Origin: Perna viridis
Taxonomy: Eukaryota
Assembly: GCA_037379345.1 (NCBI GenBank)
Contig: CM074517.1
Location: forward strand, 4,836,001-4,900,000
Reading direction: 5' to 3'
DNA length: 64,000 nucleotides
The position numbers and the translations under genes are program-made. This document shows, piece after piece, positions 29,464 through 42,689 of this stretch (positions are counted from its first letter, which is position 1; every line of letters begins with the position of its first letter). Under the pieces are notes generated by a model. That model was not told the DNA's origin. It did not search any database and saw nothing but the letters and a program-made list of their open reading frames with translations.

Positions 29464-29930
29464 GGTACCAGTATCGTATTGCATATCCCTGAGCGGGTGT
29501 ACGTCAAAACATGGATGCCATAAAAATATAGTGCATTTTCTTTTTGCCTCTCTACAAACTAATGTTTTGTCAAAAGACATGAACAATGACTTAAAAAATA
29601 GAGCAAACATCACACTGTAAGATGAAGAACTTTTTTAAAAGAAAATCTAACATAATATCATAAAAATGTTCCACTGAAAAGGTTGGTTTGGTGGGTGCAA
29701 AACGAAAGTGAAAGTAGGGAAAATGGCTATTTATAGTTCAAGACTACTTTTCTGTCCAATCTTCGTGGACTCACCCTATTTTCTTTGCGGGAAATTATTT
29801 TTTCACATGTCCTTAGAAATGCTACATAAGTGAAAGTTTTATTGAATCAATTTACATATTTTTTAAAAAATCCTAAAAATATGCACTTCACTATAGAAGT
29901 CTATGGGAAAATTAATACGATACTGAGACC
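29464..29930 (+). mobile_element. MITE, copy 1 (GG...CC termini, TGAA duplication)
   Basis: 17-bp imperfect TIR ggtaccagtatcgtatt / aatacgatactgagacc; inverted near-identical copy at 39247-39632. Confidence 0.8.
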
Positions 29931-30578
29931 TGAAGTGTTGGTATTGACCCTGTACTAAGTAAGTGTATATAAATATATTTATATTACACCAATTCCCAAG
30001 TTATTCCTTCAGGAAAAAGAACAACTGTGCAAGCCACTCCACTAAGTTTTTTTTTGGTAAGGACATAAATAAAACAAAAATATCCCATAAATGTCATTTA
30101 TTAAAGGACAAAAACTCAAACAGTAAAACTAAGTAACCTATGTACATTAAATTGGAGTGTCACTGTCAGAGATGAGGCAAATAATACAGTTGACACTCCC
30201 TAAAAAGTACACAAAATTCCTTACAACAAAAAAGGTATGTCCTAACATCGATCAACCAAACTAAACTAATTGTACATTTCTATAAGAGGAAATTGGAGGT
30301 AGTAAGGGGAGGAGGTGGGTCATCAACTAAACATAAATCACAAGAAGCTTTCTTTACAAAATTAAAGAGCGAACATGTGATCAATCGTGCTAATTCGATT
30401 GGATGATCTGCATTGGTATGCATAAATTGAATGCAGCTAGTGAGATGGGGCTACATTAGATAACAGATTGAGGGTAAAAAAGGGGTAATTTGGCCACATA
30501 AATCATTTTATCTTCAATAAAATGTTATTAATGGTGAAGTTTGCACTCTCTAGTGTTGATATTTATCCTATATTAGTA

Positions 30579-30700
30579 ATAGTCCGAATTTCCTCTGACC
30601 CTGCAACCCTCCTCTTTTTTATTTGGATATTGAACCCGACATATCAATATCCAAATAAAAAAAGGAGGGTTGCAGGGTCAGAGGAAATAATTCGGACTAT
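30579..30700. repeat. Near-perfect palindrome (collapsed MITE-like)
   Basis: atagtccgaatttcctctgaccctgcaaccctcc..tttggatattga / tcaatatccaaa..ggagggttgcagggtcagagg..ttcggactat; a related half-copy lies at 27587-27637. Confidence 0.85.
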
Positions 30701-30765
30701 TTAAGTAAGTGTATAGTAATGGTGAAGCTTGCACTCTCAAGTGATGGCACTGATCCTATACTAGG

Positions 30766-30780
<15 letters not shown>

Positions 30781-30830
<50 letters not shown>
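30781..30830. repeat. (GT)n microsatellite
   Basis: Visible directly. Confidence 0.95.
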
Positions 30831-30831
<1 letters not shown>

Positions 30832-31896
30832 GGTTGATATACGGTCATTTTCTGAGAAAAGAGTAAGAAGGAGATTTAGTAAATTACTCGGATATGATGT
30901 AAGCAAAGCGTGTTTTTCTCATTTTTTTTTTTTTTGGGGGGGGGGTCTCTTTCACTTAAAACGGTCTGTCATTAATATGATAAACAATGCCTCGAGAATT
31001 TTTGGTATTAATTACGACAAAGAATTGCACGAGAATTGTTCTGATCTCTGATCTAAAATTGTCCTAAAGACTTGTTGTAAGAGTGGCCACAGGGCGTAAC
31101 AAATGACAAATGGAAGTATAGGTACCAAGCGGCTAGTGATCCCAGTGTGTCCAGGGCCCTGGAATAGAGCTAATGGGAATTAAGCATTCTGAAATGCCAT
31201 AAAATGGCTGTTTTATATACATCCAACTTTTCCCGAACCTTTTAAAACCTTAACACACTATATCTTTTGATAAAAACATAAGAAAAGACTCAAGTGCATA
31301 CAAAAGCTGAAGTTGTTTCACTAAAACGTAATTTATAACTATTTGGTAAAAGAAAATGTTGAATTTACTGCGTAGGAACAGTCACTTTTTTGTTACTTCT
31401 GGGACAATTTTTTTTTCCGTTAGTATATATTGGGAGAACCTGACCGGAAATAACCGTAAAGCTCACAACTGCTTCGCGGTGCTCGCTACTATTTTTTTTC
31501 AAATGCTGAATGGTAAAAGTCTATGTCTACGTAATTATAGTTTATTTACTAGTAGTTATCAAATCAGCCATATATGTACATTTCCCCATTGATAATTGTA
31601 AATATAACGAAGGTTAAATAAGCATGATTATCGGTAATTTGTGACATTTTTCTTTGATGTACACAGATCCATAAGGCTTGTTACGGCGTACTGGCCCTGA
31701 TAAAACAAAATAATAATAAAAATAACAAGTCAGTTTAAAACCAGGCATGTGTCACAGTGGAGTTGAATGACGTTGGTTCATCTCGACAACATATATCATG
31801 AAAGTATTCTTTTTCAAGGTCAAGATGTTGACTTTCGTATTATTTAACATACAAAAAAAACCGAAAATAAAATGTTACCTATGAATTACCGAAAAA

Positions 31897-32020
31897 CAGG
31901 ATATTAGGCAACTGGTATTGGATACTGGCTTTCTCGGGGGCATCTCAGGCTCGCTCAATGGGCTCGACTTGAGATACCCGTGATAAAGCTAGTATAAAAA
32001 ACCGATTGCCTAATAATCTG
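31897..32020. repeat. Imperfect palindromic MITE
   Basis: tattaggcaa..tactggcttt..atctcag / ttgagat..aaagctagta..ttgcctaata. Confidence 0.55.
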
Positions 32021-32379
32021 TATAAATTATGATAAATAAGAGAAAAATAGGAAAAGGAACTAAATACAAATGAAATACAGTAATAAAACGAAGGGAGACA
32101 CTTAAATAATCATGTCATGTGTTTGCAAATGGTTGTATATTTTACTCTAAATTGTACAAAATATCCTGAAAAAGTCTAATTATGTTGGTAAAAATTCTGA
32201 GGAAAAACATCGGTCATTACTAAATTTTATTTTAAAAATTTGGCATGGGTTTAGGGAACTATTTGAAATGAATGAGATAATTGAGATCTTCTAGACAAAG
32301 TAGTCATAAAAAATAAAAAAAAAAATAATCGATTAAACAACATTCTTTAAATCCTAACTACTTCTTTTATAGAAAATGT

Positions 32380-33135
32380 TAAATGTCATATTAGTTTTTT
32401 CCTATATCTGAGTTGTTAAATTACTTATCATCCTAGCTGACTTCTCATAATAGTTTTCGTACAATCTTAGTCGTCATATTAGTTTTCGTCCTATCTGAGT
32501 TGGCACATTACTTATCGTCCTATATTAGTTGTCATATCACTTGTTATCTTTCTGAGTTGTCATATAAGTATTTGTTCTGAGTAATCATATTAGTTGTCGT
32601 CCTATCTGAGTTGTCATATTTGTTTTCGTCTATCATAGTTGTCATATTAGGTTTTGTCCTATCTGACTTGGCATATTAGTTGTCGACATATCTGACTTGT
32701 CATATTAGTTTTCGTCCTATCTTAGTTGTCATATTAGTTGTTGTCCGATCTGAGTTGTCATAATAGTCGTCGTCCTATCTTAGTTGTCATATTAGTTGTC
32801 GTCCTTTCTGAGTTGTCATATTATTTTTGGTCCTATCTTAGTTGTCATATTATTTTTGGTCCTATCTTAGTTGTCATATTAGATTTTGTCCTATATCAGT
32901 GTTCGTCTTTTTTGGGTTGTCATATTAGTTGTCGCCCTACTTAAGTTTTTAGTTGTCATCCTTTCTAAGTTGTCATATTACTTATCGTCCTATCTGATAT
33001 AACATATTAGTTGTCCTTTCTGACTTGTCTTAACAGTTGTCGTCCTATCAGATTTTTTAGTTGTCGTCCTATCAGATTTTTTGTTTCATATTAGTTTTGG
33101 TCCTATCTGAGTTGTCATATTAGTTTTTGTCCTAT
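32380..33135. repeat. 29-bp minisatellite
   Basis: ttgtcatattagttgtcgtcctatctgag. Confidence 0.88.
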
Positions 33136-34399
33136 TGTATATATTGTATCTGAAAGGAATCTTGGTAAGCAACGGAAGGGGTCATTCCTAACAATGCCCA
33201 CCTAGTGAAATATATATTCCTCAAGGTACCCAATATTTCCATTTTCTGATTTACATAGAGCAAACTTGCTGGAGGCTGTCATCTTTGTTCTAGAAATTGA
33301 ACCCTTTCTTGGAGATATATCCCTTATACATCAGTATCACTTTGACGCTCGAATATCAGGGGTTATTCAAATGTTCTAATAACTGAAAACGTTTGTATTT
33401 GGATTACCTCCCTTAACCCGGCTTTACCACCTAAAGATACTGCATTCGAAGATTTCAGTTACATAGCTACTAAACCAGCGCAAAACCATACAGTTGAAAC
33501 TTAAACAATAAACCGTCAGACACAATGCCTTAGAGATGTCACAGAAGACCACGCGAATTTCCTGAACACTGTCCAAGCCTGGCCGAACGAATTTGAAAAA
33601 TCGATCAATTGATTAATAGCTGAGATGCTGAGTAATAATTCGATAACTGTAAATATGTGTGTAAACTCAATATTCCATACATTTTGAAATTATACTGACA
33701 AGTAAAGTAGGACGATAGTCATTGACTTCTCGCGCATTTCCGTTTTTAAGTTGCTAATATTGTTAGCGACTTCTTGCACTCGTAATTTCAGTACTTTATA
33801 TTCGCATATGATTTGCATAATTATATATTTATACTCCACGTTATGCCGCAGATCTGTTCCGTGTTAACCGCCATAGCGTTATAGTTCTAGCTTCATACGA
33901 GATGAAAATGTACCTCTTAAATATCATATACGTGTGTTCTACGTGTTATGAGGACCGGAAGTTGGCATGAAAAAAAAAAACGGGTAGCATTGAACATTAC
34001 CCGGTTTCCAAATCAGGCACTGGGGCTATAGGTAATATACATTAACAAGAACCCGATAGCTATGAATATTCATTGGCAGTTGTTTAGTCTGGTTCTTAAT
34101 CTGGTTCCATGGTCATTATCATTAGCGATCCAAAGATCGCTAAATGCACCTTTATAACACATACACATGTCTGTGTGTGTTTTTGCTTGTATTAGAATGG
34201 GAAGTTAAAGTTTAAATGATGAAATGATCGGTTAGGTAGCATTGAATTCATGTAAAATTAGTACCCAGTTTCCAATTTAAACACTGGGGCTCGTTACACT
34301 TGACTATACAGGTCATATATACATTATCATATATATATAGCCATTGCCTGTTGTTTAATCTGTTTCCGGGTAACCAGTTGTTTTGATTGAAAACATTCT

Positions 34400-35200
34400 A
34401 TCATCACGGTTACGAAAGAGTACGCAATCATATCGAAGGAACTAAGATTCTAACGGAAGTCACCCAATTTTAGGGCATATCGCATTCGTGCCATTTCGGA
34501 TGTTGAAAGTAAGCCAAAATCAGTGACAGAGAATATTTGACGATTAGCTTTCGAGAGTCTCGGGCTAATAAGGTCGGGCAGGATGCCTTCCCAAAGTCAA
34601 GATTCTAGAGAACATTTTCTACTTCGGATTCTGTAAATACATATTGACCGATCTCATCTCGATATGATTTGGATGAATTTGAGTCTTCTAATTAGGTTTT
34701 GCAAAATGAAAAAGTTTTTGAATTTGTTTGCTTTGGCAGTTTCGTCGGTGATAGTTTCCATTTTTAACAACTTTAATTGGTATCCTAAATTGACGTTGCC
34801 TGATATGCCAATTGATTTCGTCGATGGATGGATAACTCTTAACTTTCCTATAAGTTGATCTTTGTATCTCTGTTGGACTTTTTGCACAGGTAAAGTTACT
34901 AAATTCCGTATACGCCTAATTTATGTCCAATCGCGTTCATGATTTACTCAATACATGCACGTCGCGCTTTAAAAAAAAGATAGAGTGCGTACGCCTCCTT
35001 TTGTGAATAAGTTTCTTCTGATTTTTCGTTATCCATGTCGAATCTACCTTCCGAAACGTCACCAATATGTTTGATATCGATTCGTCAACCGCACCCAAAA
35101 TGACATCTGAAAACAATGCTGACAATGTCGTCAGACATGAACACGTACGAGTTGCCAATCCGTATTCTAAAATAGTAGTCGGCATTTGTCGTAATCACCT
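34400..35200 (-). mobile_element. Degenerate LINE ORF2 fragment (between endonuclease and RT) in intron 1 of gene B
   Basis: WITKNQKKLIHKRRR, TDETAKANKFKNFF and TESEVENVL-like fragments. Confidence 0.5.
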
Positions 35201-35300
35201 CTATCGTACAACCATATCTAACGTTTAAAGGAACTATGGGTTGGTTTTGGAGAATTTAAGTGGTTTATTGAAAATAATTTCAATTTTTAAACCATTTCAG

Positions 35301-35456
35301 ATGGAAGATCTTCAGATCCTATACAGTGTTATGAATGCATCAGTTATTCTCATATGAACAATTTCTGTGGTGATCCTTTCAACGACAGCCATCCAAACGT
35401 CACCATATCAAAATGTTTTGGAACGTGTGTTAAATGGGTCCGTTCACCCATGCCAG
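35301..35456 (+). CDS. quiver/sleepless-like protein B, coding exon 2
   Basis: catttcAG acceptor; (Y)GRSSDPIQCYECISYSHMNNFCGDPFNDSHPNVTISKCFGTCVKWVRSPMP; GTATGT donor. Absent from the ORF track (too short). Confidence 0.88.
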
Positions 35457-35795
35457 GTATGTTAAAATAGAGTGTGGGTGAGGATTTGTTTATATTTGTT
35501 AATAAAGGGTATGCCATGCAACTTTGTGAACGTTCAACGGTACTTCTATTACGCAGATGTATTTCTATCTCTTATTCGTTACGCCTACTACGCCACTGAA
35601 TGACATTTATTAATGATACTTTATTTTTTATTCCCATTGTGCACACCTATTTTATATTTGTTCCAAATTAATTTGGAGGTTTCACATAGGTACACAAGGG
35701 TACCTATATTCGTTACTTTTTCTACTTATACACAAGAACGATATATTTTTAATCAGAGTTGTCTAGTCCACAACTATTTTTAGCCCAGATGACGA

Positions 35796-36115
35796 GAACA
35801 TGAGCTTCTGTAGAATGGTATTCCATCTAAATTGTTTTTAACCCGTGAAACGTGAACACGAGCTTCTGTAGAATGGTATTCCATCTAAATTGTTTTTAAC
35901 TCGTGAAACGTGAACACGAGCTTCTGTAGAATGGCATTCCATTTAAGTTACTTTTAACCCGTGAAACGTGAACATGAACTTCTGTAGAATGGGTATCCTA
36001 ACCCGTTACTTTTAACCCGTGTAACGTGAACATGAGCTTCTGTAGAGTGGTATTCCATCTAAATTACTTTTAACCCGTGAAACGTGAACATGAGCTTCTG
36101 TAGAATGGTATCCCA
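35796..36115. repeat. 58-bp minisatellite (~5.5 copies) in intron 2 of gene B
   Basis: gaacatgagcttctgtagaatggtattccatctaaatt..ttaacccgtgaaacgt. Confidence 0.92.
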
Positions 36116-36203
36116 ACTCTGTTGTCCATTTTTATTCCATAGAATATGCAGATATCATTATGTTTTATCATTCATTTGTAAAATGATTTTCTTTTGTTTT
36201 TAG

Positions 36204-36403
36204 GTGTATATAGATATCAGAGAACATGTTCACAAAAGCTGAAAATTTTAATGACTATCAATTTAGTGTGTATGGAGGAGTCACGACCTAGTACAGGGAA
36301 AATTTGTTTTTGTAAAAAAGACGGGTGTAACGGAGGAACCAGTCTTTATATCGCCAAAATCTTAACTTTCATTGCACTTGTGTTTTTACATACAATATTA
36401 TGA
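36204..36403 (+). CDS. quiver/sleepless-like protein B, coding exon 3
   Basis: ttttAG acceptor; (G)VYRYQRTCSQK...VCMEESRPSTGKICFCKKDGCN plus hydrophobic tail. Same Cys spacing and intron phases as gene A; total 405 nt (134 aa). Confidence 0.88.
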
Positions 36404-36543
36404 CTTGTTACTTTTGCTCAATTTCACAATGAATTTATATCATGTAGATAACTTTACTTCAATTCCGTAAATATTTTTTAAAACTTTCACCATTTTACCG
36501 ATTTCCATAAGTCTGTTGCCATCTGGATTAAAATCTCTGAAAC

Positions 36544-37511
36544 CTATGGCAACCCAAAATGGACAAAAATGAATATTTTCTAAAATGATTTTTTAATATT
36601 ACAAATTCATTTTCTAATATTACAAATTAGATTTCTTACATCACAAAAAAAAAAACGTTTTAAATATTAAAAAAATCATTTTTAAATATTAAAAATTCAA
36701 TTGAATTTCTAATATTAAAAAACGATTTTTTTAATATAAGAAATTGATTTTCTAATATTTGAAAATGGATTTGATGTATTCAATTACGATTTTTTAATAT
36801 TAAAAAATGTGACTGATTTTGCAATATTGCAAAGTGATATTCTGTTATTACAAATTCAACTTGTAATGTTACAAAATGTGTGATGTTTTATTATATTACT
36901 AAATCAGTAAAATTTGTAATATTAGAAAATGATTTTTTAATAATACAAAATGAATTTATAATATTAAAAAAATGATTTTGTAATATTAAAAAGTATGTTT
37001 TCTAATATTAAATAATGATTTTTCAATATTACAAATTCATTTTCTAATACAACAAATTAGATTTCTAATATCACAAAACACTTTTTTAATATCAGGAAAT
37101 CAAATGAATTTCTAATATTAAAAAACGACTTTTTAATATAAGAAATTGATTTTATGATATTAGAAAATTGATTTGTCGTATTCAATAACGATTTTTTAAA
37201 AATATTAGACAATCATTTTGTAATATAAAAAATGTGACTGATTTTGCAGTATTGCAAAGTGATTTTTTAATATTACAAATTCATTTTCTAATATTACATA
37301 TTCAATTTGTAATATTACAAAATATGTGATGTTTTATAATATTACTAAATCAGGAATTTGTAATATTAGAAAATGAATTTTTAATATTACAAAATGAATT
37401 TCTCATACTAAAAAATATTTTCTAATATTAAAAAAAATGATTTTGTAATATTAAAAAAATATTTTCTAATATTACAAAATGTAGAGTTTTGTCCACTTTG
37501 GCTTGCCATAG
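36544..37511. mobile_element. TIR element filled with AT-rich ~21-bp repeats
   Basis: CTATGGCAACCCAAAATGGACAAAA / TTTTGTCCACTTTGGCTTGCCATAG; AAAC duplication; internal ttttctaatattacaaa units in both orientations. Confidence 0.75.
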
Positions 37512-37548
37512 AAACCACTCATAATTTAGTGACCAGTAATTATACGGA

Positions 37549-38329
37549 CTAGAACACACCCGCGAACTCGCGGGCATTTAGAACGTGGTTGAAAGTATTT
37601 AAATTGTTGTAAGGTGAATGAGAATTCTGGAAAGATATCCGGTACAGTTAAGTATTCAACTACGAGATACAGTTATACTTTCAGTTTCTGATACATTTTC
37701 CAAGCATTTAACATGTACATCCCGATTTTTAACCTTGTAGTTTTACCGAAGTTAACCTCGAACGGTATTTTTTTTTTCATGGCGGAATGTATTTACGAAA
37801 CAAACTTTAGGAAACTGTGTACAAAACGAATTTGTATGTTATCAGTTAGGAATTTAGTGCTGTTTGTAAATATACCAAAAAAATCTGTGTACACTGGACT
37901 TCTAATAGTAATGCAATAACGAGGCAACTACCACGATTAGCACCTCCGGTTGTTCATAAAATCCGGACTCGCTTCGGTAGGCGAAGTTCATCAGTTACGG
38001 TGTACAACCAAATAAAAACGGACTCAGCACCACGGGGCATGTGATGTATAAATGGACCAGTGAGTCCATTTGACATGTGCGAAGGATTCTATAAGGGTCC
38101 GGAGCCCGGCGGACCATGCAAATCTATGTCAAAGTACAAACTCTTGTCTTTCATGCATATGAACCGCCAAAAACTGACTTAGCACCACGGGGCCTGTTAA
38201 CAAAATGGACAGACAAGGACTTTTAAAAAATAAAACGCTCAGCTCATGCAGTCAGTTTGATGAAGTGTCTCAAAAACTATGAGAGGAAGGCAAATAAATA
38301 CGACTTTGCTTCCATATATCAATAAAGGA
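37549..38329 (-). mobile_element. Non-autonomous Helitron-like element
   Basis: Minus-strand 3' end has a cccgcga-gt-tcgcggg hairpin then CTAG|T. Candidate A|TC 5' end at 38329 is less certain. Confidence 0.6.
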
Positions 38330-39246
38330 TAAACAATTTATTGGTGAAGTTGTGCGAAGGTGACTATACACTAGTGTACCAACAGGCTTGCGAAATTTAG
38401 ACATCTAATAATAACTTGCTATTGTTTCGTTATTTTAAGTTATAGCACTTTTTTAACATGGGTACGCATAATCATTTCATGTTTCATTTGCACATAACAT
38501 TTAAGGTCCGTCTGTACAGTTACCCCTTTACATTTTACATTTTCCTCAAACAAATGAAATTCAAAGTGACATGCAACAATGTAATACCCACAAAGTTCTA
38601 ATTCGACTTCTACAGATCTAGCAATGCAGAGAAAGAACATAATTAGGATTATCTTTTTGGCTTTACTATCCACATCGTTTATATTAACAGAACAATGCAC
38701 TTGGTGAATGTGTGGGTGTTAGAACCGTTTAAATTAATACAACTGTTCTGATGAAATGGTTGTTCAAATATTTCCATATTCCATTGTTCAATGCTCCATC
38801 CATTAAAAATTGCTGTTACAGTTACCAGTTTATCTGCATTGGAGATCCCGCGGAGGGAACGACAAAAAATTTGCATCGCAAATTTGACAGTTCTAACATC
38901 GTTGGGAATTTTTCAGACCTTTCTATACGTTTACATATCTTCCCTGTATCAATTAGATCCGATGGAGCAGTGTAGCGAATAGAGTCGTCACATTCTAAGA
39001 CGTTTATATATATAATTATACTTGTTTTTTTTTTAATTTCTACTCAATATACTGTCTTAATTACAATCCTAATATATTTTTTAAATCATTAATCAATTAA
39101 TCCATAATTGTATAACAATTGGAAAAAAATTAAATGTTGCCAATTCTATGACGACGAAGATTGTATCCCCCCTCCCCAAATAACACCCATAGGTTTAAAA
39201 TCTGCTTAATCAAACTTCATATGTAGTTTATACAGACGTGTTTAAT

Positions 39247-39632
39247 GGTCTCAGTATCGTATTAATTTTCCCATAGACTTCTATAGTGAAGTGCATATTT
39301 TTAGGATTTTTTAAACAAAAATATGTAAATAGATTCAATAAAACTTTCACTTATGTAGCATTTCTAAGGACATGTGAAAAAATAATTTCCCGCAAAGAAA
39401 ATAGGGTGAGTCCACGAAGATCGGACAGAAAAGTAGTCTTGAACTATAAATAGCCATTTTCTCTACTTTCACCTTCGTTTTGCACTCATCAAAGCAACCT
39501 TTTCAGTGGAACATTTTTATGTTATTATGTTAGATTTTCTTTTAAAAAAGTTTTTCATCTTACAGTGTAATGTTTGCTCTGTTTTATAAGTCCGTACACC
39601 CGCTCAGGGATATGCAATGCGATACTGGTACC
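39247..39632 (-). mobile_element. MITE, copy 2 (inverted, ~80 bp shorter)
   Basis: Reverse complement of 29464-29930 with an internal deletion. Confidence 0.8.
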
Positions 39633-40659
39633 TATTACATTTCTGCCTCATTAGTGATTAGTGGCCCCTGATAGACTACGATAAACAAGATAGCAAGGAA
39701 AGTAGGCGTATTATATCAGGCAATGTATTTTGATTGCTCATATAGTATAAATGTTAAGACAGATAACTAGGCTTGTTCTAAATATATATCCTTAAGGAGA
39801 AGGGGTATCAAGTCTCGTTTTTGGTCCCAATTCCAAATCTCATTAGTTTTGAAAAGGGATAGTCATCAATTAAAGCACAACAATCACAGCTGCAACATCA
39901 AATTCTTGTTTAGTTGCTTAGCAACGAAATAAATTAAACAACATAACAACAAGCAAAAGTGACATTTAATTACGAGTACACCCGGTGACAGATAAACAAA
40001 AAAGCTTTGTACAAGATAACAACTTGATGAACTCTGACATACTGTTTTAAATGCACGTAATGGTATTGTTTACTCCTTAGCAACCATTTTTATGCACATA
40101 GCAACTATTATACAAAATTTTGAAAATATACTCACAAGATAAAAAGATGAATACATAGTACTATTCAATAAAGATATACAATATTATGATTTAACCACTA
40201 AAAATACATGAGGTTAGAGTTGCCTTTTCTTCCTTCTTTATTTTCAATCAATAGCAATATACACATATACATATACATGTATAGAATTGTACACCTATCT
40301 CTTTTAACATAATTTATTAACAAAATTATTTGTCATGAATTCAGTACTACATTGAAACTCAAATTTCTCATGAAAATATTTTCAAATGAAATACAAATAT
40401 CTTATGACAAATATGACTTTCGATGTTATATTGAAAATCATGTACATGTATTAACAAATATTAGACGTGCTGCTTCTTTAAAATACCATTAAGTAAAACA
40501 CAGGTCAATGATCATCATAATTCCATACACAACAGCATTTATGATAGCCCCATTCAGAACCTAAGCCAATGATTATCAATTCACCATGACACAAAAATAC
40601 AAAACCCTAGTCAGTGCTGGTGATTACGATACCCCTACAAAAACATGGACAGGTAATTA

Positions 40660-41000
40660 CAACTATCCCATACAGTACCTGATTCAGTGATTTTGATAAT
40701 CCCACACAATATCTGAATCAGTGACTATGATAATTCCACACAGTACCTGAATCAGTGATTGTGATAATTCCACACAGTACATGAATCAGTGGCTATGATA
40801 ATCCCACACAATACCTGAATCAGTAACTATAATGATCCCACAGAGTATCTGAATCAGTGACTATGATAATTCCACAAAGAACTTGAATCAGTGATTGTGA
40901 TAATCCCACAGAGTCCCTGAATTGTGAAAACAATAATCCCATATAGCACCTCGATCAGTGATTACAATATAAATCCCATACAATACTTGAATCAGTGATT
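40660..41000. repeat. 34-bp minisatellite
   Basis: gataattccacacagtacctgaatcagtgactat. Confidence 0.85.
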
Positions 41001-41290
41001 ATATTAACCTATTTAGATATTCTAGATGACTGATTTATCGACCATCATAATTGTACCTATATTCGTAATGAACAAACTATACTCAATATTGAATTCACGT
41101 CAATAGATATGTAGAATAAGATGTAAAGGAATTTATTTCTTCGGTTTTGGTCAATAAGTGTTCGGTTGGTTGGTTGATGGAATGCCAAATCAAGAATGAA
41201 GTCGGTGGCATAAAAAAACACACTTAAACCGTAACCGTTATTGTGAAATTAATAGTGAATTTTAGTTTAGTTTAGAACCACGAAAAATCA

Positions 41291-42229
41291 TTATTGGCAA
41301 TTCTGACCGTTTGGAAGAGTTTTGTGGGTCGTACACCAAGTTTTGATTTTGACAAAAACCACGTCTAAAGCCAACCCGTCTTGATTGGTACCATCATTAG
41401 AGAGTTGGGAGTGTTCAAAATAACCACCAACGTCTTCGAAATACCTTCTCAAGTTCTGCAGATTCTGCAGGGAGTCATTGACAAGTTTTTTTGTTCCATT
41501 CCACACTCTATATTCTATGGTCCATATATCTACAACAATTTCATTCGATTTTAAGTCATCTTTAATAGTCTCTAGGATATACATTTCGGCTCCTTCAACG
41601 TCCAATGAGAAGTAATTAATTCGTGTTCTTTTTAGATATTTCATTACAGTCTGCAGTCTAAAACACGGAACTGTAATTGAATGTTTTGTATTCATATTTG
41701 AAAGTACTTTATCGTTCATAAGTTTTGACACTCCACCTACAGCCCCACTTTGAATGAAAGTATGCTGTTTCTGCTCAGATATACAAGCACACAACCTCCA
41801 CACCAAACGCTTTAATTTGTCGATCATGTTACAAAGTTCAGGGTTTGCTTCGATAAGCAATCCAGTCCATCCGTGTTTCCGTTCAAGCCAAAGAGTATTG
41901 GAGAAAGTGATACCGTCAAGAGCACCAATTTCCACGAAAAATCCGTTCTTTACCGGTAATATTTCGTACACAGTTTTATCTTGACCAGCTTGAGAGTATG
42001 TTCTTACAGTTTCATAATCAGTTTTTCTTTGTGGAATTTCTACGATTTTAGTGTACGACTTAATATACGGTTTTAAACCCGAAATTTCGTGCTCTTCCAT
42101 TGTATCTCGTCCTCGCTTTATATGTTCCGTTGAATACAACCTCATTAACAACACCATAAAGCAAACGATCGTCAAGAGTGTTATTGTTAGGGAGACGAGC
42201 GGTCTTCTTGGAAGCAAAGTCAATACCAT
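41291..42229 (-). CDS. Star-like type II membrane protein, FkbM/Methyltransf_21 family
   Basis: 312-aa intact ORF with an N-terminal TM segment. Motifs SQAGQD, FFVEIGALDG, SNTLWLERKHGWTGLLIEANP and INYFSLDVEGAE are characteristic of Drosophila Star-like proteins. An acceptor (ttttacAG) 7 nt before the ATG implies an upstream non-coding exon. Confidence 0.88.
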   Translation of the reverse strand: MVLTLLPRRPLVSLTITLLTIVCFMVLLMRLYSTEHIKRGRDTMEEHEISGLKPYIKSYTKIVEIPQRKTDYETVRTYSQAGQDKTVYEILPVKNGFFVEIGALDGITFSNTLWLERKHGWTGLLIEANPELCNMIDKLKRLVWRLCACISEQKQHTFIQSGAVGGVSKLMNDKVLSNMNTKHSITVPCFRLQTVMKYLKRTRINYFSLDVEGAEMYILETIKDDLKSNEIVVDIWTIEYRVWNGTKKLVNDSLQNLQNLRRYFEDVGGYFEHSQLSNDGTNQDGLALDVVFVKIKTWCTTHKTLPNGQNCQ

Positions 42230-42689
42230 AACTTTTCTGTAAAATTCAATAGAAAAAATAAATCAATTTAGATTTTCTTTTATCAGATTTATTTATATTA
42301 GTATTAATATTTGTTATTTATAACGTTATTACTGTAAGTCGCGTGAGTGGTCTTCAAACCTCCAGAGAATCTAGCTGACTTTGTTCATTCATAATGGGTA
42401 CGTTCGAAATTCGAATAAGTTATTTCTGTAGTAAAAAACATAAACAGAAAAAAATTAAGTAGAATCTTTTATATACTTTTTGGTTTGTTGTCCGAAGTAC
42501 AATGTACTGTGTTACATAGTCTTACATTGTCCATATAATCGTAAAGGTGATAACCGTAACCAGTACGGACATAAAAAAAAATGGAAGGCGCTGTTGCGAG
42601 CCAGTCTGTCGTTATTTTTTTAAATACTACACTTTCATTGATTTGTTTGTAAATTACCATAACCATTAAAAGGATATTGAACAGAAACG

